From a virus, in IMG/VR virus record IMGVR_UViG_3300032050_000122: a DNA stretch of 64,000 nt; one strand, 5' to 3'. Made by a program: the position numbers and the translations under genes. Below, piece after piece: positions 62,210 to 64,000 of the stretch; position 1 is the first letter of the stretch; each line of letters begins with the position of its first letter. Under the pieces are notes generated by a model. The model was given only the letters and a program-made list of their open reading frames with translations. It had not been told where the DNA came from and did not search any database.

Positions 62210-63996
62210 TAGTTAACCCTCACGCCTTGGTACTCAAGTTCAACTTCGTACAGATCACCGTTGCAAATTCCTCCCCGCGAAGTCGAAGTGATTTCGGCCG
62301 GGTCAGTTAGTAAAAACCCAGTCCACATTTCGCCCTTCCAGTTTGTCATCTGAATACGATCCCCAAGGAAGTCCAAGAGGAATCGTCGCAGTTCATAAGC
62401 CTTCCGTTGATTTATGACAAACTTGTATTTCAGCTTACGATTAGCACTCTTCTTCACATAAGAGTAAGTGTCGCCACAAATCGTTCGCTTAATACTTACT
62501 GCCGCTACGTTCCCTTCCGAATCACTGTACTCTGGATTCGGCAACACAATCGCTCGCGTTGCACTTTGATAGACTGTTGACCCACTTGGAATTGGGCAAC
62601 ATTCAATATCAGGTGTCGGCCCACTTGTAGTCGTTGGCTTCGAGCCACCAAATGTTACAATAACATTTGGTACTTGAATAATACCACCAGCACCATCGGC
62701 TTTTGGGTGTTCTTCGGTGAACACCATAGTGCTGGTCAGACTACGATTCAAAATCATCGTCAGGCCGACACTTTGTGTGACGGCCAGCGTCTGACTTACT
62801 GACTTGTTCCGTTGAACATCAACAACAACGTCATGGTCCAAACCAGACAGTGTGTTAGATGCGTTTCGTAATGGACCACCGACGACCAACTGTGATACTA
62901 GAAGAAGGTTCGATGCCGATTGCTCGATAATCTTCAAGTAACTAACAGTTTGTGCAATCGTCACAGTCTGCGAGACTGTTCTATTGAAGATCGCAGCAAC
63001 TGCAACAGTTTGTGTTGCGGTCAGTTCTTGAAACTGTTGGTCAAGGTGTGGATCATATTGAGTGACCACATCTTGGGTAATCGTCAGTTCGTTGCCGACA
63101 CCAGTCGTCTTGACTTCGACAACACTCTGAGTGATTGTCAGGCTGTTACTTGCGTCAGTTGGAATGAACTGGAAGTAATCAGCAGCCTGGTTCAGTATCA
63201 AGGAATTCGAAGCACTCTTCGACACTTCCAATTCTACTGCAACCGATTGGCTAAGTGTTAGCCCTTGTTCAACACTTTGAGTAGGTGAAGCAACCAAATG
63301 CGATTGTGTAATTGTCAGAGTGCTAGTAACACTCCTATTAACAATCTTATTGGCTACTACATCTTCACTTGTTGTCGCTTCATCAGTGGCAAGACGACCA
63401 AATACTTTGATTCCTACTACCGATTCCGATAGTGTAGGAGCGTCGGTTGCCGTTCTGATGTACGTCAAACTAGCAGCAGCAGACTCACTGATCGTAGGTG
63501 CGTCAGTAGCAGTTCGATCAAGAATTGCTACCCAGTCAACAGCTTCACTCAGCGTAGGTGCATCTGTCGTTGTCCGTTGAATGTCAGCAACACGATCAAC
63601 CGATTCCGACAGCGTAGGTGCATCAGTTGTTGTTCTTGTCTGAGCAACAATTGCGACTACTGATTCTGAAACAGTCGGCGTGTCAGCCGTACTACGTGGT
63701 TGCAGCGTTACGACAACCGCAGAGTCAGACAAAGTCGGCGAGTCAAAAGCTGCATCGCCAAATACGCCTACGGCTGCTGCACTTTCAGAAATCGTTGTCG
63801 CATCTACCGTAGTACGGTAAAAGTCGCCAGTTCGATCTACCGACTCAGAAGTAGTCGGTGTATCAGTTGTTGTCCGTTGCAGAGCTTGAACCGCACTTGC
63901 CGATTCGGACAGCGTCGGTGTGTCCGTTGTCGTTCGGATATTAAGGACAGCATCGCCAAGTAGGATGTTACCTAGAAGGCTGTCACTTGTTCCCAA
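62209..63996 (-). CDS. capsid-associated protein with N-terminal tandem TTDAPTLSESV repeats (possibly partial at the window edge)
   Basis: 595 aa from the first ATG inside the window; the ORF may continue upstream past 64000. About ten 19-aa repeats, then a TITQS/SNSL-rich domain and a Cys-containing C-terminus. Confidence 0.45.
   Translation of the reverse strand: MGTSDSLLGNILLGDAVLNIRTTTDTPTLSESASAVQALQRTTTDTPTTSESVDRTGDFYRTTVDATTISESAAAVGVFGDAAFDSPTLSDSAVVVTLQPRSTADTPTVSESVVAIVAQTRTTTDAPTLSESVDRVADIQRTTTDAPTLSEAVDWVAILDRTATDAPTISESAAASLTYIRTATDAPTLSESVVGIKVFGRLATDEATTSEDVVANKIVNRSVTSTLTITQSHLVASPTQSVEQGLTLSQSVAVELEVSKSASNSLILNQAADYFQFIPTDASNSLTITQSVVEVKTTGVGNELTITQDVVTQYDPHLDQQFQELTATQTVAVAAIFNRTVSQTVTIAQTVSYLKIIEQSASNLLLVSQLVVGGPLRNASNTLSGLDHDVVVDVQRNKSVSQTLAVTQSVGLTMILNRSLTSTMVFTEEHPKADGAGGIIQVPNVIVTFGGSKPTTTSGPTPDIECCPIPSGSTVYQSATRAIVLPNPEYSDSEGNVAAVSIKRTICGDTYSYVKKSANRKLKYKFVINQRKAYELRRFLLDFLGDRIQMTNWKGEMWTGFLLTDPAEITSTSRGGICNGDLYEVELEYQGVRVN
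63390..63940 (-). repeat. tandem repeats of about 57 bp encoding R-T-T-T-D-A-P-T-L-S-E-S-V-D-x-V-A repeats
   Basis: Seen as recurring protein motif in the translation of 62209..63996. Confidence 0.5.
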
Positions 63997-64000
63997 TTTT

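Noticed and set aside
63390-63940. Tandem DNA repeats as CRISPR or satellite
   Set aside because: They are in-frame coding repeats of a long ORF and lie in the head-tail structural module.

Overview
This window reads as part of a tailed-phage genome (siphovirus-like), or a prophage, with moderate GC. Most genes run on the minus strand and are tightly packed; one plus-strand block sits at 37.3-46.5 kb. All calls rest on motifs read directly from the six-frame translations; no searches were run.

Nucleotide metabolism and replication (0-45 kb): dCMP deaminase, an SPFH/band-7 protein, ATP-dependent DNA ligase (KxDG), a DHH/DHHA1 phosphoesterase, class II ribonucleotide reductase (NPCGE), family A DNA polymerase with 3'-5' exonuclease motif, SF2 helicase, two ParB-like proteins, AEP primase-polymerase fused to a P-loop helicase, Dcm and Dam methyltransferases, DEDDh exonuclease, SpoVG-like protein, trypsin-like protease, cold-shock-domain protein and a sigma factor. 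Four homing endonucleases (two LAGLIDADG, two HNH) plus a GIY-YIG fragment are interspersed.

Structural module (46.5-64 kb, minus strand): tape measure protein (1312 aa), major tail protein, large tail or baseplate proteins, and a capsid-proximal tandem-repeat protein that is partial at the window edge.

RNA genes: canonical tRNAs Met (978-1049), Arg, Thr, Val, Gly, Ala, Asn, Pro (43.6-46.5 kb) and His. Less canonical tRNAs: Trp, Gln, and one whose anticodon loop reads as UUA or is 5 nt long.

Most unusual observations:
- A Ro60/Rsr ortholog (TROVE domain plus vWA with DSSGSM) lies next to a noncoding region containing circularly permuted tRNA-like modules, in the order T-arm, closed acceptor-like hairpin, D-arm. 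This matches the YrlA (Y RNA-like) architecture as I recall it; I could not verify the recalled YrlA topology here.
- These modules sit inside a family of at least 10 same-orientation repeat units at 8.0-11.6 kb, upstream of minus-strand genes and tRNAs. Each unit is a conserved 5' box (CGGTGGCGTT...TACTTC), a hairpin whose stem sequence covaries between copies, then a conserved 3' box (GTTTAATCCCCGAT), followed by RBS and ATG.
- A dispersed RNA-repair-like gene set is present: Rnl2-type RNA ligase (KIHG), Pnk-like P-loop kinase, HAD phosphatase and the DHH phosphoesterase.
- The perfect palindrome GAATCAAATC-N-GATTTGATTC occurs three times, near the ParB genes and in a 370-bp noncoding hub upstream of the sigma factor gene.
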